NCBI GenBank assembly: GCA_036172245.1
Contig: JAYWIR010000003.1
Span: forward strand, 5,456,001 to 5,520,000
Source of the DNA: Raillietiella orientalis
Lineage: Eukaryota
Length of the DNA stretch: 64,000 nucleotides
Reading direction: 5' to 3'
In this document: one piece after another, positions 10,651 to 22,691 of the stretch
Layout of the letters: each line of letters opens with the position of its first letter
Numbering within the stretch: the first letter of the stretch is position 1
Translations under genes and position numbers: made by a program
Notes under the pieces: model-generated
What the model was told of the DNA's origin: nothing
Databases searched by the model: none
The model's input: only the letters and a program-made list of their open reading frames with translations

Positions 10651-13600
10651 CTAGGGCTATCAGGTGCTATTATTCAATTATTTTATGGCTCAGCTGGTTT
10701 ATGGCTCCAAAGGTGGAAAAGAGGAAAACACACGGAGGCGTCTTTGCAAATCTCCCACGAAGAATGGAAAAGTTCTCTGCACGATTGCTAAGCGTTTGAG
10801 TCCCGTTCCAGAAGGTCTCCTGGCAGGAAGCGCGACTGCTTCCCTAGCTGCAGAATCTGCCTCTGGAGCGTCAGGCGCAGAGGACGCTCGCGTTGCCCGG
10901 TGACGCATGGTTCCTGGCGCTCCGTTGGCAGAAACCCCACTGAAAGCCCTCTGGACAAGTCCACGATGCCTCTGGATTCCTCGCGACGGGTCGGAGGAAA
11001 GGATGCTGCCGCTGACCGCCCCATCGCGATCCGACAATCCCCCGCACCTTTTGCGGGAACTTTTTGCGAGTTTGTTCCCGACCTTCTTCGTGCCTCTGAG
11101 AAGACCGTCCGCGGAGGCACGAAGAGAACCCGGGAAGAGCCAAACAGGAGGAAGCAATTCACTGCAGAGTGCGAACAAAGTACGAATTGCACCGTCCAGG
11201 AATACACACCATGTACATCGTACAGGAATACTCATTTTTTCCTGGGCGTGCCGTACGTCCAAGAAAAAATTCGGGGATTAATCCTTGTTTCCGGCATAAG
11301 AAATGACTCAGTTCCGGTTAATTCTGACTATCATCGCGAGCAAAAAAAAAAAATACCTGGTGGTTTCCATAACAACCTGAGAGAATGCAGCAAGTGATTA
11401 AACCTCGGAAGTCTCGGACAGAATTTCGTTTTCCCGATTAGTTCGCTCTGCGCATCTCTTTCAGCAGATACGGTTTCCCTGGGAACGCGATACAAGTTCA
11501 TCGATCTTTGGAGAGAAATTAGCATACGGTCGTCCTCAAAATAACGCTCGGAATTAAACATTCTGGCACAAAGAGAGGGATGGATGGATGCATAGTCCAC
11601 GCTGGCAAAGGCTCTGACACCACTCCATAATGGAGGGAGAGAGGAAACGAATAGAGTCCATTTTGCATTTTTCAATCGGCTTGCTACCCGGAAACGATGC
11701 CTTCACAATTAAATCTCCCTTTGTCTCCTCTAGCCACATGCGCGTCCGCTCCCTTGTTCGTGAGAGTCTCCTCTCGAGCCTGCGTCTTCCCCGGATGCGG
11801 CAGGTAAATTCTCGAGGTCTCGTCTGGAGGCTGGAGACGGTGGCCATGGCATGGTCAGCAGAGAAGCCGTGTGATTCCCTGCTCTCCTGCGGAGTGGCTC
11901 GCCGTTCTCCGAAGTCGGGAAGCAGTCCCGTGCCGTCGTTCTGTCCCTCGCACCCGAAGGGTTCATCCTCGCCCGGATGGTGGGTCCCAGGAGTCAAGAA
12001 ACGACTCATGTCGGAGTTGGGAGCTTTCCCGTCCCGCCAACGCGTATCCCTGGTGACCACACACGGGAAGAGTGAGTCGAACCATGCCGTTTCTCTCAGG
12101 GGAAGGATTTTCGTGCGTCCCCAGAGGTCAGGATGTCCACGCAGTCCACGCAGCTCGTCCTCCGCGAGCCAGCAGCATCCCGCCTTTCCGTGTGTCAAAA
12201 CATCTCCGCGCGGGTATTCCCTCCTGCAGCTTCCACGCTGTGGCGCGCTTCGCCGCACTTTTCCCGCTTCTCCCCGTGCCAGTTCTCTTCCCCGAAGCGC
12301 TCTTTCTTCCATCGCGGAATTTCGAATGATTATCGATCCCCCCCCCCCCCTTCCCCTGCGTTTCCCGTGCGAAATCCTGTCTATTGATATCTCCATGGAA
12401 ATCGCGCGGCGAACCTGCGGCCGTGATCGTCTGCATCCTTCGCCACCTCACGTGCTCTCCAAAGCGCCGCCGGATCAGGCGTTTTCTCTTTCCCAGTCCG
12501 CGCGTACGCCTCCTCGTCGACCTCTCGAGATGCCGCGCGTGGTCCTTTATCTGCCTCTCCGAGCGCCCGCGATGACGACGGCGACGACGACGAATCGCGA
12601 ATTGACGCAGCAGCGGCAGATTGCGAAAAAGCCGCACGATCCGTGCGTGGGCTGCAAGAAACGGATCGATAATTTTTCGTCCCGATCAACAGGCCCCAGT
12701 CGCTTGCTTGCTGGCATTCCCCCCCCTCCCCTTCCCCCTTCCTTCCTTCCTCCCTCCGCTCGCTCCAGGTTTGCTGTGGCGTTTCCTACGGGATCCGAAG
12801 AAGAAGATGGCGCTGGTGTTTGCCGAGCCGTGCCGGACACTCGACCAAGCAGCCGAACGAGAGGGGCTGGAAGGGCGCAGGGAACGAAAATTCCGGCCCC
12901 GGAAGCCATCCCGTGAGGGATGGGCGTCTCGCTGCCTTGACCGGTTCCCCGCGTAGCCCGGGGAGGATGACCGTTTTTCGCGAAGGTTCCAAGCTCCTAC
13001 GGGAAACGCGCGGAAACCCTGGCAACGGTTCTCTGAGCGGAGGAACACCGCACTTCGCCGGGTGTTGCGGTGCGTTCGCCGCCAGGCAAAGGGGCGTTGA
13101 CTCGTCCCATGGAGGCGGCAGGAGATGGGAGACGATGCTGCCCGCTGGGAGACAGAGGCGTTCGTCTCGAAGGCTTCCGTCTTTTTTCGAGAGGGAGAAG
13201 GAACGGCTTTCCCTTAGGAGTGACCGACCAGACTCCCAGAGCCGCCCTTGACAACCCCAACGAGCGTTTAGGGAGGCGGAAGATGCTCCCGGTCCGCGAT
13301 TGAGCAGGATGCGCGCGTGTGCACCGTATGCTGAGGCCTCTCTCTGGAAGGGTCAGCGGCGGCGAAGTGCCCCCCCTCGACCTCGCTGGTTCGGACGAGG
13401 ACCGGTAATCGTGCAACACTTCCACGCCTGGAAGGACCCCCGGAAGACACCGGGCAGAGACGCCCGTGCTCCAGATTCGATGAGCCCTCTCCCGCGTTGC
13501 AGAGAGGCAGGAACTTCTCCCATGAAGTCATGCGTCCCGCCCCGAAGCGAGGTAGAAAAAGACGCCCAGCTCCGCCGGGGGAAGATCCTCCCGTCGGAGG

Positions 13601-14949
13601 ATTTTTTCTTCCCTGTAGTCCACGGAAGGTGGGGCGGGGAGGGAAAACGACATCCACGGAGTCAAAGGGCCCGCTTTCCTGGGAAGTAGGGTGCAGATGC
13701 CCGGGGGGAACGGAAAGAAGGGAAAAAAAATCAGACGTGGGTGACGGAAAAGCACGGAGCGCTGAACAGAGCATCGCGGGAGAGGGAGATGCTTACGCAG
13801 GATGTGTTGACAGAAAGCCATGGACCCTCCCCCTTGCCAGAGAAGTGATAGCTCGGAGGAGATCGAGCTATACGGGGGAGCGCGGAGCTGTTGGGCCAGA
13901 GGTCGCAGGCAAGAGGCGAGTGGCGGAGCGAAGGTCCGGGAGGCTGAGGGGATCTGTAGCCACGGCGGGGCATTTCTCATCGTGGCAGGAAAAAGATTGA
14001 AGCGGCGGGAGGGATTCCCCAAGGCGCGGGTGGACGGCTCCGAGAGGAGCGGGGAGCAGGCGGGGAGAACGGAGGTCCTCCCGCCCTACCCCACGCGAAC
14101 CCCGCTCTTCGCTGTCTGAAGCGCCGGCTGCCGGTCCGAAAGGGAAGCTCCGTCCTTCGACGCTTGGCACTCGGGGCGAAAGACTCCGGGGGAGGGGAGG
14201 AGGAGAAGGAGGAAGACGTCTTTCGCGGAAAGGCATCGGCATCGGCCTTCGCAGAGTCGCTCATGCGCCGCTGGAGCGCCGCAAACGCAAGGGGAAGCGG
14301 CGGCGGCAGCTGCGCGCGGGGTGCAGCCACGCCCCCGATCGGGGGAAGGGGAGGGGGAGGAACAACCCTCCTGGATGATGGGAGCGAGCGCCCGCGAAGA
14401 GAGACCTCGGAGGAGGAAGTCGCGACGGAAGGAGTGGAAGGAAGAGGACGGGAAGGGTTTCTCCCTCGAAGGTCCGCGAGGAGGGAGGAATGGGAAAGGA
14501 CGGGAGGAGGAACCCGACCGCACCGAACGATGTCTCCCCCCTTCCTTATGGAGCGGCCAGCAGAGCTCCCAGACGGAAGGCTCTCAGGGCCGCTGCCGCG
14601 ACGTCACCTCCGGCCCTTCGGGATGCAAAGGAGGACCAGAGAGATGGCCGGGTTGCACGCAGCGACCCCTGGGCTGCTTTCGACGGATGCGAGCCGGCAG
14701 GCGACCCGTGCTGAGCATTCGTTCCTTTACGTGCGGGCGTGCTTTTTTTTTTTTTTTTTTTTTTTCTTTTGATCCCTCCCTTGAGACGCGAATCCTTGGG
14801 GAAGGCCGCGCGCGCACCTTTGGGGGGCCCTTTCCCCTGTGTGGCTCTCCTGGGATGGCCGGATTCGGATTGCCGGTCCCCTCTTCCCTTGTTCTTTCAT
14901 AAGACCGGCCGGATCCTCCTCCCCCCTCCTCGTCGGGGGATTTCTGCCA

Positions 14950-15700
14950 GACCGTCTTCGCGCGCGTGGGCGTTATGGTCCGAGTTCCCGGCCGGTAGCG
15001 CCCCCCCACCTCGCCTGGAGGCGGAGGAGGAGGTGACCGCGAAAGGAGCTCGGTCCCGGCACACCTTCCTTTCTTCCCTCTCTCTCCTCCCACGCGGCCT
15101 GCTCGCGGCTCGTGTCTTTCCCGTTGCGTCCCGGAGGCTGGAAGCGCCCCCGCCCCCGCCACCGGAACGCCAAAATGGAAGCCGGGAAAAAAGTCCAAGA
15201 AACGCTTCGGTGCGACACTCCGCACACTCGTGCGGCGGGAGGAGAAATGGTGCTCGCGCGCGCCCGCAAGCCCCTCGGCGCGCACGTGCCCGCAGAAGAC
15301 CCCAAAAAATAAAATCCCGTTCGTCGCGTGACGCCTCCCCAGGAGCGTCCAGCGGCCGCTCGAAAGCGCTGCGAACGCGCGCGCCCCTTTCCCTGTTGCC
15401 GCAACCCGGAAGATCTGGGCGGTGGAGGAGGAGGAGCAACGGCGACGCTCCCTCGCACGGAGGCTCTCCAAGACGGGCCGGCGCACACGCACGCACGTGC
15501 GCGGAGCGTTCGGCGCGCGTCTGCGGCGCGCCGACCGCTCCCCTCGCAAGGAGCGCGCGGGTACGACTCGCGCTCACGCAGACGTCGACTCCGGCAGCGC
15601 CCAATGGCGTGCCGGCATTGCTGTGACGTCTCACGCGGCGCGCATACACGGCGTGCTCCGCCGTCCACCAGGAAGTCCCAGAAGAGGCGAAGGCGTTCCC
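14950..15700. promoter_or_regulatory. CpG/GC-rich island inside the CELF intron; candidate alternative promoter or enhancer
   Basis: Dense CGCG/GCGC runs, CCAAT at 15601, CRE-like TGACGTC at ~15624 and ETS-like CAGGAAGT at ~15669. Function is inference only. Confidence 0.3.
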
Positions 15701-16099
15701 GGAAAGGACGATCGATAATTCACGTTTCCCGTGTGCTCCTCGCGAGCTGGCGATGCGTCATGGGAGAGTCTGCCTCTCCTTCCCTCCTCCCCGACCAGCT
15801 CTTGAGTGAGGCGTGGGAGACCTCGGACCACTTTAAGGAGGAGCGAAGGTGCCAGCTAAGAGATGCAGCCACTTCCGCAGCCTCTTTTCCTCCTGGCTCC
15901 GCGTCCTCCGCCGCTCCCTGCCGCAGAGGCGCGCGAGCGCTGCCCTTTGCCAGGGGGGCCGGACAGATAAGGCGGCGAAAGAGGCAAGACGGACCAAGCG
16001 CACCCCCCTCGACTCCCACCGGTCCAGGGGTCGGGTGGAACGTGGGATCCAGACCGCGGAAGGGACCGCAAGGAGTCCGCCTTTTTGGGAGAGGGAGCG

Positions 16100-17250
16100 A
16101 AGGCACTGAGGTCTCCCTCTACGCAGATGCTGTTCGCCCTGAATGACGCCGCTTCGCTGCCTCTGTGACCAGCTGCAGTCACGAAGCTTTCTCGGAGCGC
16201 GGCCCTACGCACGGTGGCATCCTCTCGCGAGCGAGCGACCCGAGAGTCGCTGCTAGCTTCCGAAGGGAAGAGGAACCTTCTGCGAGACCCGAGGGAATGC
16301 TGGAGGAAAAGCGGAGCAGGAGGGTAGCTGCAGGGGACGACCTCGGCAATGGTCTTTCCGAGCCCTGCAGGCACCCCGACATGCTCCCTCTGAATTGGAG
16401 AACGCGGTGAGCACTGAAAGGCGATTCGGGATAAAACGATCAGATCCTTTGAATCCTGGTCCTCGCAAGAGAACGTGTTCCGGGAAACGCCTGCGCTCTG
16501 GCAGATTCACGGGAAGGAGGAAATAAAAGGTGGACCCATTCTGCTTCCGGCATGTCCTTCGAGGTCTGCGAGACGGCACCAACAGATCCTAGCCTTGAAG
16601 GTCCCGGGATGATGCGTCGTCCCTCCCGCGAAGTCCGAGTCAGGAAGCATTGCTGTCCTCGAGAGGTAGTCGAACCCCTCCTCGCCAGCAGTCCCTCCGC
16701 CCTGCCGCTTCCACGGTGACTGACCGAGCCGCATCGACGAAGAGCGAGTCGAGGGAAACAAGGGGTGCCAGGGGCAGGTGGCATCCCTGGAGAGGCGGAT
16801 GTCCCTCAGGAAGCATTCGGGGCACTTTGGAGAGGTCGCAATCAGGCCCAACACGGAGGGCAGATTCCTCGGCTGACCTCCCAGAAGGGACCCCGAAATC
16901 TGTCTGTAATGGCAAGCAGCTTTTGCGCGTAGGGATTCCTTCCCGAAGTCCAGAGGCACAATGGGATCCCTGCGCGCGGCGCCGTTCAGGTGTGTCACTG
17001 TTCCAGCTCGGGAGCACGGGGTTCCCATGGAGACCGAAATTGCATCCCCGTGCGTCATCTTCTTCATCCGTCTGATCATCACCCACGTTCACCAAGCACT
17101 CTGTGCGATCCCCGTACCGGTAAGGGATGACGGGCGAGTCACCTTTGCACGGCCGGATTCCTGAAGTCAGGCAGGAATCCTCACATGCAGAAGCTGCCCA
17201 ACATTACAGCCAGATTCCCGGGTTCCTTCTGAGAGGTCAGCCGATCCTCA
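16100..17250 (+). mobile_element. Decayed P-element/THAP9-like transposase relic (best-preserved core)
   Basis: Motifs in the expected order: VLRGLR (16554), then within ORF 16650-17075 STVTDRAAST (cf. VxDQGxxN), ADLPEGTPKSVCN (cf. DPPHLLKSVRN), AQWD (cf. AxWxH), PKL, then GRVTFA (cf. MRVxLA). Confidence 0.55.
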
Positions 17251-20200
17251 AGAGCAGGTGAATGATCGTCAATCCTGCGAGCTGCAGGGCTGCAGCTGGT
17301 GATTTCATGAAGAGCGCTCCCTAACTTGCAAATCGAAGCCCCATTCGACTGTTCTCAACGGCATCTTCAGCCATGAGCGCAGTCCTCGTGGACGTGCTCG
17401 ACTGCAGCCACCATTGAAGCAAGGGAAGAGGAAAAAATCAGGGAGGGGCTCCTTGCTTTTAAGATTCCTTCCTTCGACTGGACCGTTACGATCAGACGCA
17501 TCCGGAATGAACATCTGTTCCAGATGCTTCTGAGCTCCGCGTGCCCGTTAGCCAGCAGTCCCGCGCTGGGCGGTAGCAACAGCAGTGGAGACAAATCACT
17601 CCCTCTGGACCCCGTTCTTCCGCCAGAGTGGTTCATGGTCAGTTGCAGCAGAGAGGCGCCGGCGAAAGAGCAGAAGAAGCCGAGTGGGAAAATCAGGCCT
17701 GCCTCGAAGTGAGGGCTTCACAGCTGCGGCGGGAGGACTTGAAAAGTCAGCGGCTTGGGAGAGGAGACTCAGCGAACAGTGCGCTCCATCCTTCATCCCC
17801 CTCTCGACCGCTGCCTCAGCGGAGCTGCTGAGCCGCGCGCATCAGGGAGGTAGCAATCAGTGACCTTCATCGAAATGAGAAATCCGGAAGCGCTCAGTTG
17901 AGATCAGGCCGAGGCAGGACGAATAAATCTCTCCACGTGGTGCTCGGCAGCTCTTCCCCGATTTCTTCTTTGGAGCTTTCTTTCGGAATTCCTCGACGTT
18001 CAGTGCAAGAACGAGTTCAGAGAACACACACACAGAGCAGTTGTCTGTTTCCTAAGCAACAAGCGTGAGACAGGAAAGAATGCAGATGATCGTTGCCTGC
18101 GATATCTGGTGTCCCGACGGCGCGATACCCTGCCTGACAGCAAATGATTCCACGGAAACGGCAGCAGCTTGTCGCTGCGCGTTCCGTGCTTGGGATGTGC
18201 CTGACCTTGTTGCATGGCTATCTCAGAGTCTTTGTTAGTTGTAACGGTTCATAAAATCCTGTGATCTTCCTGTTCTTCCCCTTCCTGTTCTGGGTGAAAT
18301 TCCCCCTCCTGAATTTTCAGCGCTTCTAAAGATTCCTGTAGCACTTTGCGCTCCTGGGCTACAGAAACTGTAGCAACAACGAGAGGGACGACAGATGCTT
18401 ATTAGTACCGTACGGGAAGCAATGGATCTCCAGCAAGCGGCAACGTTGTAGCGGGTCTGCGTGGTCACTTCGGTCCCAGTTCAGCGCCGAGCAAGCAAGC
18501 ACCCACTTTTTTTCGTGCGTCCGTTAGCAGCTTCCAAGGTTCCCTGGAGCACACACTCCCGCGCGCGGCACGGATTTCCCTTCCAGAGAATGGCTGATCT
18601 ACGCTGCCCGTTTTCAGATCTTCCCACTGGCTCAACTATCAGAGCTGATTCTGTAGGAGCTTTGGGCGCCTTCCCTCTCTGATGTTCCTCGCTGGCAACT
18701 TTCTTCAAGGCTCTTTCAATGCTACGCTCAGCCAGAGGCCTTCTCCTCGGGAAACGGAAGCAATGATCTTCCCCCATTTCGATTCTGTTGCCCGTGGAAC
18801 CAAGGCATCATTTATCTCCCTGCCTTTTTTCCGACATGCGGGATGCAGGTACTGAAAGATCCGAATAAGTCCCCGGGTTTGGGAAAGTCCCCAGGGCCAC
18901 CGCTGGGGCAGGAGGCCCGCGAGTCCCAGCCCTCGCGAGCCGGCTAACTGCACGTTCGCGAGAGCTGTGATTTTAGCTCTGAAGGAATGGGCACGTTTAC
19001 TGCTATTCTCCTCGATGGCTTTGATGAAATTCCTGCTGCCGGAGCAGCCGCTTGCCCAAGTCGGAGGCGGTACTCGTGGGAGTTCTTCAACGTTTTCATT
19101 TGGTCACGTCGTTCTGGGCGTCTTGGAGAATCAGGCTGCCTGCCATGGGTTTGCAAGGGAGTGACTCAGACGTGTCCAATGATGTTCGGAGCGTCCGTGT
19201 GTAGTTCGGGAGCTCCCATCCCGGAACCACAGCCGTTTCCAAAGTTCCGAGATTTTTCATGAGACTTGGAAATCGCGTGACGAGTCCCAGTTTCCCGAAC
19301 AGAATTCATCATCGAAGAACAAACAGGGAAACTTTCACGGGATCATTTTCACGAGTTTCCGAGAAAGAAAGAAAGAAAAAGAGAGAGAGCACGCTCTGTC
19401 GAACTGCATTTGATCTTTGCCACGCTCTCTTCTTCCGTTCTATCTTGGCAGCACTTGCACGGAGCCGGAGGTCGAGCGAGCAGACCCCTCAGCTGCAGCT
19501 TCTCAGCAAAAGGATCCTCACTGCTACAGATGCACAACTGCATTTCGTCTAGACTGTGTCGAGTACCACGTCTTTCGGAACTTCTGCGGCTGTTTCCGTG
19601 GTAACCATTTCAATTCTTAGTTGTTTTATCGGAAACTTTTCCGGACGCGACTGCTGTGCGATGGCCTGTTACCGACACCGAGATGAATGCTCGTCTCTCG
19701 GAGCCAGCGGATGTTTTGGATTCGCTGTTTGAGGTCACTTTTGGAGTTACAGTCGTCACACTCAGCACATTATTGGAGGAATCCCGAATTCCCAATGGCC
19801 CAAAGGTCCGAGGAGTTAACGAATCGCTCTGATTGCTATCGACAGGATAGTACCGTGTGAAGCTGCGGTTATGGATCGGGCTGGACACTGGGCTAGAGCG
19901 CACTTTTCAAAATGGCATCTTCTCCCGGTGTTTCAGAAATTCGGTACCTCTTCTCCGAGGCGAGATTATCGCTTTCCGACGGGCGCAGTTCAACAGCGAA
20001 CTGATTTTCGACTTGACGAGGGATCCCCCTCGAGTCGGACCGCTATTTGAAACCAAGGACAGGATGCACCACAAGCCCTGCGGTGTACGCCTCGTTTGGA
20101 GATGGGGAGCCGCCAGCGCGGTCCCTCAAAAGCTTTGTGATCACCGTGGAAGGAGTCAACCCACACCTTCACAGCGAAGGTCCAGCTTAAAAGAAAGCGA

Positions 20201-22109
20201 CCGGAACGAGACTCCGAACGAATCGTACGCATAGGTGTGCGATGCACATGCGGCTACCAACTCGCCAGTAACGTCTTTCCATCCCGATTTTGTTTTTTGG
20301 GAATCTACATCAGCATTCCCGATCGTTCAGCAAAGTACGTCGGACTCGGGCTGAAGGCTGGGAATGCCTGGATCTCAGCTCGGATTCTCATCTATGAAAA
20401 ATTAAGAAGAGGCCCTGGGAAAAAATTCAAAATTGATCGCGGAGCTGCATCTGTGCATCCTGCTTGACCTTTAGGCCCTTTCCCTGGTATCCACTCTCTC
20501 CCACTCTGCGTAGGTCGCTCTGAAGCGCGGTCTGCATCGTGCCGAAGAGCGTGCACTGCGTGACGGGAAAATGCAAAACTTACGTCCGCCTACGAAATGG
20601 GCGACCCGGCAGATCTCGGGAGTGCATAACGTAAACCGAGTTGACTGAAGCCCCACGCTGGCAAGAAACGAACCAACGACCAGCCGGAACTCGGCGCATC
20701 CCGTGCCTCCCCGGTCCCAACTTCAAGAAGCGGATGCTGCCACGAGGGTTCCCGCTGGAAACTTTTCCGAGTGAGGCGCAGAGGAAGAGGAAGGCATCTC
20801 CTTATAAGCAGCCATTGCACACAGAAGGATGAAAATGCACTCTCGGGCGCTGCCTTGTTTCACTTATCCCTCCATTCCAGGAGCGGGATATGGAAAAAGG
20901 CGAACTTATTTCCAGATGAGCTGAAGAGAAAGGCCGGCGAGCGAGCGACAGGAATGCCATTCCGCCCTTGAGGGAATGAGGGAGAGAAAAGCAGAGCAGA
21001 GCCGTGATACACCGAAACACGAAACTGGACGTCGGGTGGAACGGAAACACCGTCGGAACATACGGGAGCCCATTCTCCGTTCATCAAAAGTACGACACGA
21101 CGGTACATTACATGATCCCCGAAAGTAAATCGCGTTATTTTTGCAGCGGCGGCATGGGAAACGAGATACATCTCCAGTATCTTTTCGAATCGATTTTTTT
21201 TTTTTTTCTTCTTCTCCCCCTCTCCCTCTCCCTCTCCCCCGAAAAAGCAGTGCGTGAAAGCATCGGACGTTTCTCTTTTGCGGAAAATTCTGTCTGTTTG
21301 CTAAACACAGCGCTGTTCTAATAAGGTCTGATTATCTGCCGCTTCCTACTTGGCTACGTCTTGCGATCAATAAATGCATCACAAGAGCGACATCACCAGG
21401 ATCGCAAAAAAAGCGAAAACTCATGATTAATTCGCAAAAGTATTGATTGCGGCGCTGCAACATGAAAGCGCCAAATTATTTTTGTGATCTTTCGGCTAAT
21501 GCGTCGAGAAGCTGCGGCTGTTTTTCCTCTCTTAGCAGAGGAAGAAAGGAAGAAAGGGGGGAGGGGGGAGGAACCGGCATGGGATGTACACGCAATTGAT
21601 CGGAAGTTACTCCACGTCGGAATCACATGGTACACAGCGAACTCTTGCATGAACTGGATGCGTACGTGTATGGGTGTGTTCTTCTTCTCCACGTCCCCTT
21701 TCCCCTCTGAGAAGAGACCAGCGGGAACCGCCATTTCTAAATAGACGTTCAGGGTGGCTCATAGGACGGTGAGCCAAGCGAGGGCGATGCTCGGAAGACT
21801 TTTTGCTCCTCCCCCAGACTGAAGCTCTTCCATCCTTTGCATGCTGAGACGATGAGCTTCCCGATGAGGATCAAGGGAACTTAATTCGGATGGCAGTGAT
21901 GCCGTGTCTTGGCGTGTTCCTCAAGATCGTTTTGATCGCAGACTATCCTCCCCCAGGACGCTATGTTTGGAAACGCCCCCCGGTCCAAACTCAGACGAAG
22001 TTCGCTCCTGTTCCGCAAGCACCTGGGGTCTTTCCTCGAAAGACGCTGGACGCCGCCTTCTCCCCAGCCACCACCACCCTGCCCCCTCTCCAAGCACTTG
22101 GGAGCTTAC

Positions 22110-22449
22110 CTTTGTGCATCCCAGTGAACTTATCCTTGAGTACCGTCAACTCGTAGATCTTTCCAAACTCCTCAAACATAGGGCGCAAATCTTTCTCCTC
22201 GAGATGACGTGGAATCTGCCCGATGAACAGCTTGATGGCGTCTGAAGTTCTAGTAGGGCACGCGATGTCTGCTTGGAAATCACCAACAGGGTAGCAAGCT
22301 GCCACAACAGGTGTCTGAGGCCCATACATGGAGATGTGCCCCATGTTGCTGCTTGCAAAGGAAGTGCCGGGAGCGGTGCAACTGGATAACGATGACATGT
22401 CGACGAGCATAGTGTCAGAGTTGTCACTGACTGTTGGAGAATAAACCAT
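22110..22449 (-). CDS. CELF4: CELF3-6 protein, first coding exon: N-terminal extension plus first half of RRM1 (...[46 protein letters not shown])
   Basis: The [12 protein letters not shown] (RNP2) to TGMHKG segment is diagnostic of CELF3-6 RRM1. Donor AAG|GTAAGC at 22110/22109, phase 1. First in-frame ATG is at 22449, with an in-frame TAA upstream near 22606. The RRM part is secure; the start codon is inferred. Confidence 0.9.
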
Positions 22450-22691
22450 AGGTATGTGTACCACAAACGGAAAAGCAATGCTCAAGATCACAAGGCAGCA
22501 CCGGCAGGGAGATCGTCTGCGCTGCTCCACTAGCAACGCTTTAACATGGGAACGTGTGCTGCGAAGTCTCAGGAAAAGAAATGTTCCGGCTAAACTTCGA
22601 TGACATTAAAAACTCAACAACAACCACGGACACACACGGGCATCAGCACATTTCACTGGAGGTTAAGGGTCAACACAGGCCGTATGTACAT
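22450..22691 (-). promoter_or_regulatory. 5' UTR part of the first CELF coding exon, preceded by a strong splice acceptor; contains 5 short uORFs
   Basis: Minus strand reads GCTAAT (22722-22717) then gcgatctcttctcttttccgtttAG (AG 22693-22692), i.e. branch point, polypyrimidine tract and AG. This implies an unidentified non-coding exon further right. Confidence 0.6.

Larger units (their letters stand above)
2648..22109 (-). other. 19,462-nt GT-AG intron of the CELF gene, interrupting RRM1 at the MHK-G/CAF glycine
   Basis: Canonical GTAAGC donor and CAG acceptor, compatible phases, and a contiguous RRM1 after splicing. Confidence 0.88.

Noticed and set aside
11630..12916. 428-aa ORF and other long GC-rich ORFs at 1.5-3.9 kb and 13-16 kb
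   Set aside because: R/P/S/G-rich low-information translations overlapping on both strands; expected from stop-codon scarcity in GC-rich DNA.
19900..20250. THAP-domain-like remnant on the minus strand
   Set aside because: Only vague SFH...W..AVR similarity; the key C2CH residues could not be placed.
22241..22260. Internal acceptor ttcAG|AC directly before DAIKLF
   Set aside because: Poor polypyrimidine tract, the frame is open upstream with several Met codons, and a much stronger acceptor exists at 22692. Not excluded as an alternative site.
22450..22691. Resemblance of uORF start MYIR and in-frame VVHI to remembered N-termini of CELF4 and Bru3
   Set aside because: Only three-residue matches to sequences recalled from memory; not significant and not verifiable here.
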